A DNA stretch of 64,000 nt, taken from NCBI GenBank assembly GCA_965220745.1, contig CBDCQT010000013.1:608001-672000 (forward strand). The letters run 5' to 3'. The position numbers and the translations under genes were made by a program. Each line of letters begins with the position of its first letter. The stretch's first letter is position 1. Under the pieces are notes generated by a model, which was not told the origin of the DNA, made no database searches, and saw nothing but the letters and a program-made list of their open reading frames with translations. Origin of the DNA: Alphaproteobacteria bacterium (GTDB lineage Bacteria > Pseudomonadota > Alphaproteobacteria > UBA828). Shown here in pieces: positions 20,042-30,244 of the stretch.

Positions 20042-20887
20042 CTAAGCGGGCGCGGGCGCTCCGGGGACGGGGAGCGTCGGGACGCGGTTCACATCCTTGT
20101 ACAGCAGGTAACGGAAGAGCCCGGGGCCGCCGGCGTAGCAGGCCTGCGGACAGAAGGCGCGCAGCCACATGTAGTCACCGGCCTCGACCTCCACCCAGTC
20201 CTGGTTGAGTCGGTACACGGCCTTGCCCTCGAGCACGTAGAGCCCATGTTCCATGACATGGGTCTCGGCGAAGGGAATCGATCCTCCCGGCTGGAAGGTC
20301 ACGATGTTCACGTGCATGTCGTGGCGCATGTCGCCCGAGTCCACGAAACGCGTCGTTGCCCAGGCGCCGTCCGTATCCGGCATCGGCACCGGCTCGACCT
20401 CGTGGTCGGACGTCACGAAGCACTCGGGCGCATCGATACCGTCCAGGGGCTGATACGCCTTTCGGATCCAGTGGAAGCAGGCGGGCTCGCGTCCAGCGTT
20501 GGCGACCGTCCAGCGCGTGCCCGCCGCGACGTAGGCATAGCCGCCGGGTGACAGCGTGTGATCTGCATTATCGAGCGTGAGCCGCAATTCACCGGCCATG
20601 ACGAACAGCACACATTCGACGTGGCCGTCCGGCTCGGGCCGCTCGCTGCCGCCGCCCGGCTCGAGCTCGACGATCGACTGGGAAAACGTCGTCGCGAAAC
20701 CCGCGACCGGACGCGACAGCACCCACGCGCGAGCGCCCTGCCAGTGCGGGAAGTAGCTGGTGACGATGTCGCGCAGCACACCGCGCGGAATGACCGTGTA
20801 CGCCTCGGTAATCACGGCGCGGTCGGTCAGCAGCGTCTGCTGCGGCGGAAGGCCCGCCACCGGCGTGAAGTAGCTGCGTGCGCTCAT
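20042..20887 (-). CDS. allE: (S)-ureidoglycine aminohydrolase (bicupin)
   Basis: TEAYTVIPRGVLRDIVTS, DMRHDMHVNIVTF, ETHVMEHGLYVLEG, WLRAFCPQACYAGG, YLLYKDVNR. Confidence 0.9.
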   Translation of the reverse strand: MSARSYFTPVAGLPPQQTLLTDRAVITEAYTVIPRGVLRDIVTSYFPHWQGARAWVLSRPVAGFATTFSQSIVELEPGGGSERPEPDGHVECVLFVMAGELRLTLDNADHTLSPGGYAYVAAGTRWTVANAGREPACFHWIRKAYQPLDGIDAPECFVTSDHEVEPVPMPDTDGAWATTRFVDSGDMRHDMHVNIVTFQPGGSIPFAETHVMEHGLYVLEGKAVYRLNQDWVEVEAGDYMWLRAFCPQACYAGGPGLFRYLLYKDVNRVPTLPVPGAPAPA

Positions 20888-21016
20888 CGGTCGGCCACTT
20901 CTTGCCGAGTGCTCATCGCGCACGTTCCTCCTGCCAAGTCATCGCACCGTGCATGGCCGTCCGCTCCCCTGCCCAGCCGACATCGCACGGACTCTGGCCT
21001 TGGGTTGGCAGGAAAA

Positions 21017-21093
<77 letters not shown>

Positions 21094-21227
21094 ACCGGCC
21101 CGCACGACGCGGTGTATCGCCGCCGCCGGGCCGCGCGCACTATAGCGCCCGGCTCCGGGCACGGCCAATTCTTCGCATCAGCGCTTGGCGCTGGGGGCAA
21201 GCACTTAGGCCAAGTCCTGGTAGTCGG

Positions 21228-22118
21228 TCACTTTGAAATCGCCCGCTTGCGATAGGTGGCCGGGCGATTCGGCTTGGGCGCCGCCTCGTCCACCAGCCGC
21301 ACGATGTCTTCGATGTCCCACAGCCGATCCGTGACGCCAGCGGCCATCGCGGGGCTGATCCCGTCGAGGCTCTTATGCCGGCGGCAGAAGTTGTAGAACA
21401 TGAAATGCAGCGCGACGCTGTGCACGTGGTTCTCGATCTTCTTTGAGAACGCATTGGTCAGCCGCGTGAAGCGACGCATCGACATCCGCATGGTGAGGTT
21501 GTTCCGCTCGGCGTAGCTGGTCGAGACGTGCGCGGGATCGGGGCTGCCCTCGATCCGCCACTTACGGATGCCGGCGCATTCTGCCGGGCTGTAGCGCTTC
21601 TCTGACGACACGCCGGTTTCTCCATCGTACAGCTTCATCAGCATGGCGTAATCGACATCGCCACCGAATGCGCCCTCTACAGCCTCCAGATGCGCCTTGT
21701 GGCCGTCACTGGTCAGTTGCACTCGGATTGCCAGCCGGCCGCGCAGATCGTCCACGAAGTCGATAGCGGTTGCGCCGGAGCGATCCCCAACCCGCCAAGA
21801 CGGCACCAGCTTGGTCTCAGCGTCGATGGCTGTCCACACCCAAACGTCACCAGCCTCAGTCGGCGCGGCCCTCGCGCGCGCCACGTTTTTGTCCTTCGCA
21901 TAGATGAAGGACCAGGCCTCATCGACTTGGATGCGGCGGCATGGCAGGTCGCGGAGCGCCTGGTCTTGGTACGCCGCGCAAGCCTTGCCGGCATCGACCA
22001 TGAGCTTCATGACCGTGTTCTTGCTCACGCCCGCCGTGCGGGCCGTGGACCGAATGCTCATTCCTTCCACGAGGCAGCAGACGATCAGGGTGCGGGTCTT
22101 GGTGTCGAGCTTGTTCAT
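21228..22118 (-). CDS. IS1-family DDE transposase
   Basis: N-terminal HTH (EGMSIRSTAR), IQVDEAWSF, LTSDG, STSYAERNNLTMRMSMRRFTRLTNAFSKK; stop codon lies inside the IR. Confidence 0.88.
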   Translation of the reverse strand: MNKLDTKTRTLIVCCLVEGMSIRSTARTAGVSKNTVMKLMVDAGKACAAYQDQALRDLPCRRIQVDEAWSFIYAKDKNVARARAAPTEAGDVWVWTAIDAETKLVPSWRVGDRSGATAIDFVDDLRGRLAIRVQLTSDGHKAHLEAVEGAFGGDVDYAMLMKLYDGETGVSSEKRYSPAECAGIRKWRIEGSPDPAHVSTSYAERNNLTMRMSMRRFTRLTNAFSKKIENHVHSVALHFMFYNFCRRHKSLDGISPAMAAGVTDRLWDIEDIVRLVDEAAPKPNRPATYRKRAISK

Positions 22119-22222
22119 GCCGACAATCTAAGGGACCGAGCGAGTCAAGCATTTTTGGTCAGTTTGCATTTTGGCGCAAGTTTGTTGACAGACGATGCTC
22201 GGGAAGGTATGAGAGGCGCACG

Positions 22223-23365
22223 ATGCAGGAACACACAAGACCCGGCGAGTTGATCGAAGAGCTTCTGAATGGCAGAGGTTGGACCAAGCGCAGCTTGGCA
22301 ATCGTTCTCGAAAAGGGCGAGTCGACGGTCAACAAGATCATCTCCGGGAAAAGCACGGTGACCACCGAAGTTGCTTTGGCGCTGGAGGATGTATTCGGCG
22401 TCGATGCGGAGAGATTCCTTGAACTTCAAAGAAAATATGACCTCGCAGTGGCGCGTATTTCCGCAAAACCAGACCGCAGCCGCGCGACGCGCGCGGCGCT
22501 TTTCGGAGACCTGCCAATTTCAGCTATGGTCAAACGCGGATGGCTCGGCACCGCTGACTCAAAGAACCTAACCGAAGTATCGGCAGAACTTGTAAAATTC
22601 TTTGGCGTGTCGTCTTTGGATGAAATTGAAATCCTGCCCCATGCGGCCCGAAAGACCGCTGTTAGCTCGGACCCAACACCTGCCCAACTGGCATGGCTCT
22701 ACCGGGTGAGAGCGATCGCGAGAGAGCAGATTGTCGGAAAGTTCTCGAAACGCGGGCTGGATAAAGCAATCGGCCTCCTTCATACCCTTACCGTAGCCCC
22801 AGAAGAGGCTCGAAAAGTGCCCCGCGTTTTAGCCGAAGCCGGGGTGAGGTTAGTAATTGTTGAGACTCTTCCTGCGGCAAAAATCGACGGTGTTTGCTTC
22901 TGGCTTACGGCCCGCGCTCCCGTAGTTGGGCTTTCGATGCGGCATGATCGCATCGATAATTTTTGGTTTGTGCTGCGACATGAGTTGGAGCACGTTCGCT
23001 TGGGGCACGGGCGCACTGAAATCATGCTGGATACTGAGCTGGAAGGCGAGCGCGCCGGAACTGACTCCGCTATCGCAGAGGAAGAGCGTGCCGCAAATTC
23101 AGCAGCGCAAGATTTCTGTGTCCCTAAACAGGAAATGGACGCCTTCATTGCACGTAAGGCTCCGCTCTTCTCCGAACGAGACCTGCGGGGCTTTGCAAAG
23201 ATCGTCAGAGTGCATCCGGGGATTGTTGCTGGTCAGTTGCAGCATCTGACTGGCCGCTTTGACCGTTTTCGGAATCACCTCGTCAAAGTCCGGTCGCATG
23301 TCGTACCCGGCGCAGCAGTCGATGGGTGGGGTGATGTCTACCCTATCGGCACACAGGAGGACTGA
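22223..23365 (+). CDS. HigA-like XRE HTH fused to an ImmA/IrrE-type zinc metallopeptidase
   Basis: N-terminal HTH (PGELIEELL.GRGWT), KIDGVCFWL, RHDRIDNFWFVLRHELEH (HExxH), EEERAAN. Confidence 0.85.
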   Translation: MQEHTRPGELIEELLNGRGWTKRSLAIVLEKGESTVNKIISGKSTVTTEVALALEDVFGVDAERFLELQRKYDLAVARISAKPDRSRATRAALFGDLPISAMVKRGWLGTADSKNLTEVSAELVKFFGVSSLDEIEILPHAARKTAVSSDPTPAQLAWLYRVRAIAREQIVGKFSKRGLDKAIGLLHTLTVAPEEARKVPRVLAEAGVRLVIVETLPAAKIDGVCFWLTARAPVVGLSMRHDRIDNFWFVLRHELEHVRLGHGRTEIMLDTELEGERAGTDSAIAEEERAANSAAQDFCVPKQEMDAFIARKAPLFSERDLRGFAKIVRVHPGIVAGQLQHLTGRFDRFRNHLVKVRSHVVPGAAVDGWGDVYPIGTQED

Positions 23366-23859
23366 TGTCCCGAATTGCTGAAATGCAGAGGTTTATCCGG
23401 TACTGGAAAGACACCACCGGCGAAACCGAGGTTGACATGGTGGAGGTGGCGAGACTCGCCTTGAAGATGGGCTGGAGTGCTCCGCCGGAAATCTCTCGTG
23501 AAGAACGGCTCGCGAAACAGTTCAAGCGCGCTGCGCGCCAAGATATCCGCCACGACAGAAAGACAGGCCGTGCATACCGAGGTTATCATGCGGTACCTAA
23601 GGCAGACGACGGTGGACGGCAGGCAAGCTTCGCGTTCATCGACATTGACGATCCAAGCACCAGGCCCGACCGTTTCCGCAAAGCGTGCGTTCTTCGTCGC
23701 GAGCAAACCGTTGATGATATGACCCAATTGAGACTTGACCAACTTCACTGGAACGATAACCGTCCCGAAGAGCAGCGTGTGGATGTCCTTCCTGCCGACC
23801 TTGAAATGGACGTTGAAATCCGCTTGGCGTCAATGGACGACGAGGACGTTGCGGCCTAG
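23365..23859 (+). CDS. Hypothetical protein, translationally coupled to the HTH-peptidase
   Basis: TGATG overlap with a GGAGG RBS; 164-aa ORF with no recognised motif. Confidence 0.72.
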   Translation: MSRIAEMQRFIRYWKDTTGETEVDMVEVARLALKMGWSAPPEISREERLAKQFKRAARQDIRHDRKTGRAYRGYHAVPKADDGGRQASFAFIDIDDPSTRPDRFRKACVLRREQTVDDMTQLRLDQLHWNDNRPEEQRVDVLPADLEMDVEIRLASMDDEDVAA

Positions 23860-24080
23860 TCGTCCTTTCTCCAGCGTGCTTGTGCAGCTATCGAAGCAAT
23901 CCGTGATCGCTTCTCTGGCGTTAGGGCTTCGGCGCGTGCCGGGCCGCCTTTTAGGCCACCCTTGCGTTGGCCCTTAGCCTTTTCCGGCCCTTTCCCTTTG
24001 TCCTCAACCTCGCCCGTCGCCACGTCCACAACGCGCTTGGCGAGCTGGTTGGTGTCGCGTGGGCGCTTGGCTCCACCCAT
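23856..24080 (-). CDS. Small basic protein of the type associated with IS1-like elements (often annotated histone H1-like)
   Basis: KRPRDTNQLAK..VD.ATGE...GGLKGG.ARA..LTPE.R..IA..AA.ARW. Confidence 0.72.
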   Translation of the reverse strand: MGGAKRPRDTNQLAKRVVDVATGEVEDKGKGPEKAKGQRKGGLKGGPARAEALTPEKRSRIASIAAQARWRKDD

Positions 24081-24191
24081 GCCATGAATTTGGCACGCGT
24101 TCCGCACGCATGCCAGCATGGCGAGGCTCCGACTTCAGACTGACCCACTACCCAAGTCCTTGACTCGGGGCCCTGTCATGGTTTCTAGTTT

Positions 24192-24256
24192 ACTCACGTG
24201 GCGATTTGAGCGACCGGCTTGCGGCCACGTTAAACAAGCGCGCTAAAAGGTCGAAG
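24192..24256 (+). ncRNA. SAM-II (SAM-alpha) riboswitch
   Basis: CACGTGGCGATTTGAGCGACCGGCTTGCGGCCACGTTAAACAAGCGCGCTAAAA matches the GATTT..TTGC..TAAA..GCTAAA pseudoknot consensus; lies directly upstream of metZ. Confidence 0.88.
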
Positions 24257-24262
24257 GGAGGG

Positions 24263-24289
24263 ACCCCGGCCAGCGCGGCCGGGGTTTTT
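24263..24289 (+). terminator. Intrinsic-terminator-like hairpin after the riboswitch aptamer
   Basis: ACCCCGGCC-AGCGC-GGCCGGGGT followed by TTTT. Confidence 0.7.
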
Positions 24290-24293
24290 GCAT

Positions 24294-25493
24294 ATGGGGC
24301 GTCGGGAACGTGAGCGGGCCTGGGCACAGGCCACACAACTGGTACGGGGCGGGACCGAGCGCTCGCAACACGGCGAAACCAACGAGGCGCTCTACCTGAC
24401 CTCGGGCTTCGTCTACGAGTCCGCCGCACAGGGCAATGCGCGCACGGCGGACGAAGAGGCCGGCTACGTCTACGGCCGATTCGGCAACCCGACCGTCACC
24501 ATGTTCGAGGACCGCCTCGCGCTGATCGAAGGCGCGGATGCCTGCCAGGCGACCGCCACCGGCATGGCGGCAGTCTTCGCGGCTCTGATGAGCCAGCTTC
24601 GTGCGGGCGACCACGTGGTCGCATCCCGCGTCATGTTCGGCGCCTGCTACGTGGTGATCGATCAGCTGTTGCCGCGCTACGGCATCGAGACCGATCTCGT
24701 GGATGGCACCGATCTCGATGCCTGGGAGCGCGTGCTTAGGCCGGAGACCCGCTGCATCTTTCTCGAAAGCCCCGGCAACCCGACCATGCCGGTCGTCGAC
24801 ATCGCTGCGGTCTCGGCACTCGCGCACGGCGTCGGCGCCCGCGTCGTCGTGGACAACGTGCTCGGCATGCCGACCGTGCAGCGCCCCCTCGCCCTCGGCG
24901 CCGACATCGTCGTCTATTCCACGACCAAGCACATCGACGGCCAGGGCCGCTGCCTGGGCGGCGCCATCCTGGGCGACGAAAAGTTCTTCGCAGACGATCT
25001 TGTGCCCTTCATGCGCACCACGGGGCCTGTCATGAGCCCCTTCAACGCCTGGGTCATGCTCAAGGGTCTGGAGACCCTGGAGCTGCGCACGGCCCGCATG
25101 TGCGAGACGGCGGAGCGGCTCGCGGCGTTTCTCGAAGGCCACCCGGCCGTGGCGGCCGTGCACTATCCGGGTCTCGCGAGCCATCCCCAGCACGCGCTCG
25201 CGGCGCGGCAGATGAGCCGGGGCGGTAGCGTAATCGCGTTCGAGCTCGCAGGCGGATGGGACGCCGCCTTCCGCTTTCTCGATACGCTGGAGCTAATCGA
25301 CATCTCCAACAACCTGGGTGACGCCAAGAGCCTCGCCACCCATCCCGCCAGCACCACGCACCAGAAGATCGGCGCGGACGCCCGGGCAACGCTTGGAATT
25401 AGCGACGGCCTCGTGCGCCTCTCGGTCGGGCTGGAGGCGGAGGAAGACCTGCGCGCCGATCTGGAGCAGGCCCTTGCTGCAGCCGGAGGCTAA
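24294..25493 (+). CDS. metZ: O-succinylhomoserine sulfhydrylase
   Basis: RSQHGETNEALYLTSGFVY, YGRFGNPT, YSTTKHIDGQGRCLGG, ISNNLGDAKSL.THPA.TTH. Confidence 0.93.
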   Translation: MGRRERERAWAQATQLVRGGTERSQHGETNEALYLTSGFVYESAAQGNARTADEEAGYVYGRFGNPTVTMFEDRLALIEGADACQATATGMAAVFAALMSQLRAGDHVVASRVMFGACYVVIDQLLPRYGIETDLVDGTDLDAWERVLRPETRCIFLESPGNPTMPVVDIAAVSALAHGVGARVVVDNVLGMPTVQRPLALGADIVVYSTTKHIDGQGRCLGGAILGDEKFFADDLVPFMRTTGPVMSPFNAWVMLKGLETLELRTARMCETAERLAAFLEGHPAVAAVHYPGLASHPQHALAARQMSRGGSVIAFELAGGWDAAFRFLDTLELIDISNNLGDAKSLATHPASTTHQKIGADARATLGISDGLVRLSVGLEAEEDLRADLEQALAAAGG

Positions 25494-25587
25494 GTCGCCC
25501 CCGCACACGATCTCTTATGGCGCAGCGCGCGGTGCGGGTTTAGGCTGCCACATGTCACGATTGCGAGTCTGAACCGCCGCAACGCCC

Positions 25588-26340
25588 ATGAGCTTGCTCG
25601 AAGTTCGCGAACTGTCCCGGCATTTCGGCGGCTTGGCCGCCGTGAACAACCTCACCTTCACCGTGGACGAGGGCGCGATTCACGGGCTGATCGGCCCCAA
25701 CGGTGCCGGCAAGACCACGACCTTCAACGTCATCAGCGGCTACTACAAGCCGACAGCCGGCGACATCGTGTTCGGCGGCCGCAAGATATCCGGGCTGCGC
25801 CCGAGTCGGATCGCGGCACGGGGCGTGGTCCGCACCTTTCAGGCGACTACGCTCTTCCAGGAACTTACAGTTCTGGAGAATGTGCTGATCGGCTGCCACA
25901 TGCAGTCGAAAGTGGGCCCGTTCAGCGCGCTGCTGGGCACTAGTCGTCATGCCGAACGGGAGTCGGAGGCGCGGGCCACAGAGATTCTTGAGTTCATGGG
26001 CCTGGGCGACCGCCGCGACGACGAGACGGTCAACCTGCCGCACGGCAACCAACGGGCCCTCGGCATCGCGGTCGCGCTGGCGGCCGAGCCCAAGCTGATC
26101 CTGCTGGACGAGCCGTTCACCGGCATGAACCCCGAAGAGACGCGGCAGATGATGGTCCTGGTCGAGCGCGTGCGCAGCCAGGGCGTCACCATCCTTCTCG
26201 TGGAGCACGACATGCAGGCGGTCATGGGTCTGTGCGACCAGATCACGGTGCTGAGCTTCGGCGAGCTGCTGGCGGAAGGCACGCCGGATGAAATCCGGTC
26301 TGACCCGGCGGTTATAGAAGCCTATTTGGGAACCGCCTGA
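25588..26340 (+). CDS. Branched-chain amino-acid ABC transporter ATPase (LivG-like)
   Basis: GPNGAGKTT, RTFQ, LLDEPFTGMNPEE, LVEHDM, VIEAYLG. Confidence 0.92.
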   Translation: MSLLEVRELSRHFGGLAAVNNLTFTVDEGAIHGLIGPNGAGKTTTFNVISGYYKPTAGDIVFGGRKISGLRPSRIAARGVVRTFQATTLFQELTVLENVLIGCHMQSKVGPFSALLGTSRHAERESEARATEILEFMGLGDRRDDETVNLPHGNQRALGIAVALAAEPKLILLDEPFTGMNPEETRQMMVLVERVRSQGVTILLVEHDMQAVMGLCDQITVLSFGELLAEGTPDEIRSDPAVIEAYLGTA

Positions 26341-27048
<708 letters not shown>

Positions 27049-27079
27049 CGGTCGGGCCTCGTGAAGGCCGGGTGAGCGG

Positions 27080-30000
27080 TTGGAAACTCGCGAACTCTTC
27101 TGGGAGATAAGCTCCCTCGGCCACACGCTCTTCTTCGTGGTGGCGGGCGCGGCGATGGCGGTCGCCTTCGCCGGTGTCGTCTGGCACGTCTACCGCTACG
27201 CCCGCGCACGGCGCAGCCCGGTCCCCGTCCACCCGTGGCGCGGCTTCTGGTGCATGGTGTTCGATGTCTTCTCTCAGCGGACCGTGCACCGGCGCGACCG
27301 GGCCGCCGGCCATGCCCACACGCCGATCCTCTACGGCTTTCTCCTGCTCCTTGCCGCCACCAGCATCATCACGGTCGAGTACGACATTTCGGAGCCCTTC
27401 TTCGGCTTCACCTTCTGGCACGGCGACTTCTACCTCGCCTTCAGCCTGATCGCTGATCTCGCCGGCCTCGGGCTGATCGTGGGCGTCGTCTACATGATGT
27501 GGCGCCGCTGGCAGGTCCGGCCCCCAAAACTCGCCTACCGGCGGGAGTATCGCGGCGAAACGGAGACACGCCCGCGCGCCCGCGCCTGGGAGTGGGACGA
27601 CACGTTGTTTCTCTGGGCACTGCTCCTGATCGGGGTGACCGGCTTCCTGCAGGAGGCCGTGCGCCTCGCCATGGACCAGCCTCCCTGGGGGCCGTGGTCG
27701 CCGGTCGGCTGGGTGCTCGCCCAGATCTTCCTGGGGCTCGGCATGGACGAAGCCGCGGCCGCCGCCGTGCGCCGGGCCAATTGGTGGATTCACGGCATCG
27801 CAGCCCTGGCCTTCATTGCGGGCATTCCCTGGACCAAGGCCAAGCACATCCTCGCCGTGCTCGGCTCGCTGTCCACCCGCGACTCCCTCGCCCTGCGCCG
27901 CCTGCCCAAGCCCGCGCCCGCCCGCGCAGCCGCCGCAGACGACGCCGAGCCGGAGCCGGAGGTCGGCTTCGGCAGCATCGCCCAGTTCTCGTGGAAGGAC
28001 CTGCTCAACCTCGACGCCTGCACCAAGTGCGGGCGCTGCCACGAGGCCTGCCCGGCCACCGCCAGCGGCGCACCGCTCAGCCCGCGCGATCTGATCCTCG
28101 ACCTGCGCGCCCATGCCGCGCAGAGCGCCTTCAGGCCGGGGGCGAACGGCGCTGCGCTGATCGGCGACGTGATCGAGGCGGAGACCCTCTGGTCCTGCCG
28201 CTCCTGTGGCGCCTGCATGGAGATCTGCCCGGTCGGCATCGAGCACCCGCCGATGATCGTGCAGATGCGGCGTCAGCTGGTCGAGGACGGCGCCATGGAG
28301 CAGCAGCTCCGCGATACCCTCGACATGATCGCCAACCGCGGCAACAGCTTCGGCGAGAGCCCGCGCAGCCGCGGTGGCTGGACCTCCGCCCTGGAGTTCC
28401 CGGTCAAGGACGTCCGGAGCGAGCCCGCCGAAAACCTCTGGTTCGTCGGCGACTACGCTTCTTACGACCCGCGCAACCAGGATGTCTCGCGCACGGTCGC
28501 GCGGCTCTTCCGCGCTGCCGGCCTCGACTTCGGCCTGCTCTACGAGAGCGAGCGGACCGCCGGCAACGACGTGCGCCGGGTCGGCGAGGAAGGGCTCTTC
28601 GAATCCCTCGCGGAGCACAACCTGGAGGCGATGGGCGCGGCCAAGCAGTTCGCCACGATCGTCACCACCGACCCCCACAGCTACAACACCATCCGCAACG
28701 AATACCCCGACTTCGGCGATGTCGCGCCCATCCGCCACTACACGAGCGTCCTCGCGGAGCTGCTGGAGAGCGGGCGCCTCACCGTCGTCAAGTCGCTCGG
28801 CAGGCGGGTGACGCTCCACGACCCCTGCCATCTCGGCCGGTTCAACGGCCACTACGACGAGCCGCGCCGGGTCCTGGAGCTGATCGGCTGCGAGCTGGTC
28901 GACATGCCCCGCTGCCGCGACAACTCCTTCTGCTGCGGCGCCGGCGGCGGGCGCATCTGGATCCCCGATCCGGTCGGCAAGGAGCGGCCCGCCGAGAACC
29001 GGATGCACGAAGCGGCGTCTCTCGGTAATCTCGATACCTTCGTCGTCTGCTGCCCCAAGGACCTGACCATGTTCGAGGACGCCCGCAAGACCAGCGGCCA
29101 CGAAGGCGACTTCGTCGTCCAGGACCTGGCGGAGCTGGTCGCTGAGGCCATCGACCTGAAGAGCATCGACCTCAAGGAGGTGCCGGCCCTGGTCGATCGT
29201 ATCACCGAGGCCGCCGCGACCCGCATCGCCGACACCGTGGCGGACCGGCTGGCCGAGCGCCTCGCCGAAACCGTGACCGAGCGGGTGCTGAGCGAGCTCG
29301 CCCAGCGCGCGCCCACTGTTGCCGCAGCCGCCGCGGCGCCGCAGCCAGCAACGGCGCCCGAGAATGAAGCTGAGCAGCAGGCTGAGGCGGCGCCCGCAGC
29401 CGGGCCGTGGCGCGCGGCCCCGGTCAGCGCGGCGACGCTGCCGCCCTACGAGGTGCCGGCGAAGGACGGCCCCCGCGTGCTCGTCGCGGTCAAGCGGGTC
29501 GGCGAGCTGAATCCCGAGTTCGCAATTGACGAGGCCAACCGCACCATCGATGACGAGCACTTCGAGTACGAGTTGAACGAGTGGGACGAGGCGGCGCTGG
29601 AGGAAGCCCTGCTGCTGACCGAGAAGCTCGACGCAGGCGAGGTGGTCGCCGTCACCATCGGCCCGGACGATGCCGAGGAGACCCTGCGCCGCGCGCTGGC
29701 CAAGGGGGCGCACCGGGGCGTCCGGGTGTGGGATGAGAGCCTGCGCGACGCCGACCCGGTGACCCTCGCCCGTGTGCTCGCGGGAGTCGCCGCGCAGGAG
29801 ACGCCAGACATCGTGCTCACTGGCGCGCAGTCGGCCGATCTCGGCCACGGCGCCACGGGCTCGGCGCTGGCCCGTATCCTGGGCCTGCCGCACGCGGCCG
29901 TGGTTCTCGGCATCGAGTGGGACGGCGTGGACGCGATGACCGTCACCCGCGAGCTCGAAGGCGGCATGCGCCAGCAGCTCTCCCTGCCCGCACCGGCGCT

Positions 30001-30244
30001 GCTCACCGTCCAGACCGGCGGCAGCACGCCGCGCTACGCCACCATGCGCATGATCAAGCAGGCCAGGAAGAAGCCCATTGCCGTGGTGGATGGCACGGGC
30101 GTCGGTCTCGAACAGGCGGGCGCGGTCGTGCGCCGGCTCTACGAGCCGCCCAAGTCCGGGCGCGCGGCGATGATCGAGGGCGACGCGGCCGCCGTCGCCA
30201 AGGCCATCGCGGACATCATTCGGGACAAGCGAGGAGAGGTGTGA
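27080..30244 (+). CDS. Membrane Fe-S oxidoreductase (FadF/HdrF/EMO-type: TM domain + two 4Fe-4S motifs + CCG domains) fused to a C-terminal ETF beta subunit
   Basis: CTKCGRCHEACP, CRSCGACMEICP, HDPCHLGR, CCGAGGG; Ala-rich linker; then VLVAVKRV, LNEWDEAALEEAL, RRALAKGA, RELEGG, PRYATMR (EtfB). Confidence 0.88.
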   Translation: METRELFWEISSLGHTLFFVVAGAAMAVAFAGVVWHVYRYARARRSPVPVHPWRGFWCMVFDVFSQRTVHRRDRAAGHAHTPILYGFLLLLAATSIITVEYDISEPFFGFTFWHGDFYLAFSLIADLAGLGLIVGVVYMMWRRWQVRPPKLAYRREYRGETETRPRARAWEWDDTLFLWALLLIGVTGFLQEAVRLAMDQPPWGPWSPVGWVLAQIFLGLGMDEAAAAAVRRANWWIHGIAALAFIAGIPWTKAKHILAVLGSLSTRDSLALRRLPKPAPARAAAADDAEPEPEVGFGSIAQFSWKDLLNLDACTKCGRCHEACPATASGAPLSPRDLILDLRAHAAQSAFRPGANGAALIGDVIEAETLWSCRSCGACMEICPVGIEHPPMIVQMRRQLVEDGAMEQQLRDTLDMIANRGNSFGESPRSRGGWTSALEFPVKDVRSEPAENLWFVGDYASYDPRNQDVSRTVARLFRAAGLDFGLLYESERTAGNDVRRVGEEGLFESLAEHNLEAMGAAKQFATIVTTDPHSYNTIRNEYPDFGDVAPIRHYTSVLAELLESGRLTVVKSLGRRVTLHDPCHLGRFNGHYDEPRRVLELIGCELVDMPRCRDNSFCCGAGGGRIWIPDPVGKERPAENRMHEAASLGNLDTFVVCCPKDLTMFEDARKTSGHEGDFVVQDLAELVAEAIDLKSIDLKEVPALVDRITEAAATRIADTVADRLAERLAETVTERVLSELAQRAPTVAAAAAAPQPATAPENEAEQQAEAAPAAGPWRAAPVSAATLPPYEVPAKDGPRVLVAVKRVGELNPEFAIDEANRTIDDEHFEYELNEWDEAALEEALLLTEKLDAGEVVAVTIGPDDAEETLRRALAKGAHRGVRVWDESLRDADPVTLARVLAGVAAQETPDIVLTGAQSADLGHGATGSALARILGLPHAAVVLGIEWDGVDAMTVTRELEGGMRQQLSLPAPALLTVQTGGSTPRYATMRMIKQARKKPIAVVDGTGVGLEQAGAVVRRLYEPPKSGRAAMIEGDAAAVAKAIADIIRDKRGEV

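Larger units (their letters stand above)
21219..24152 (-). mobile_element. IS1-family transporter IS carrying passenger genes
   Basis: Terminal IRs GGTAGTCGGTCACTTTGAAATC (21219-21240) and GACTTCAGACTGACCCACTACC (24131-24152); 8-bp TSD CAAGTCCT at 21211-21218 and 24153-24160. Confidence 0.9.
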
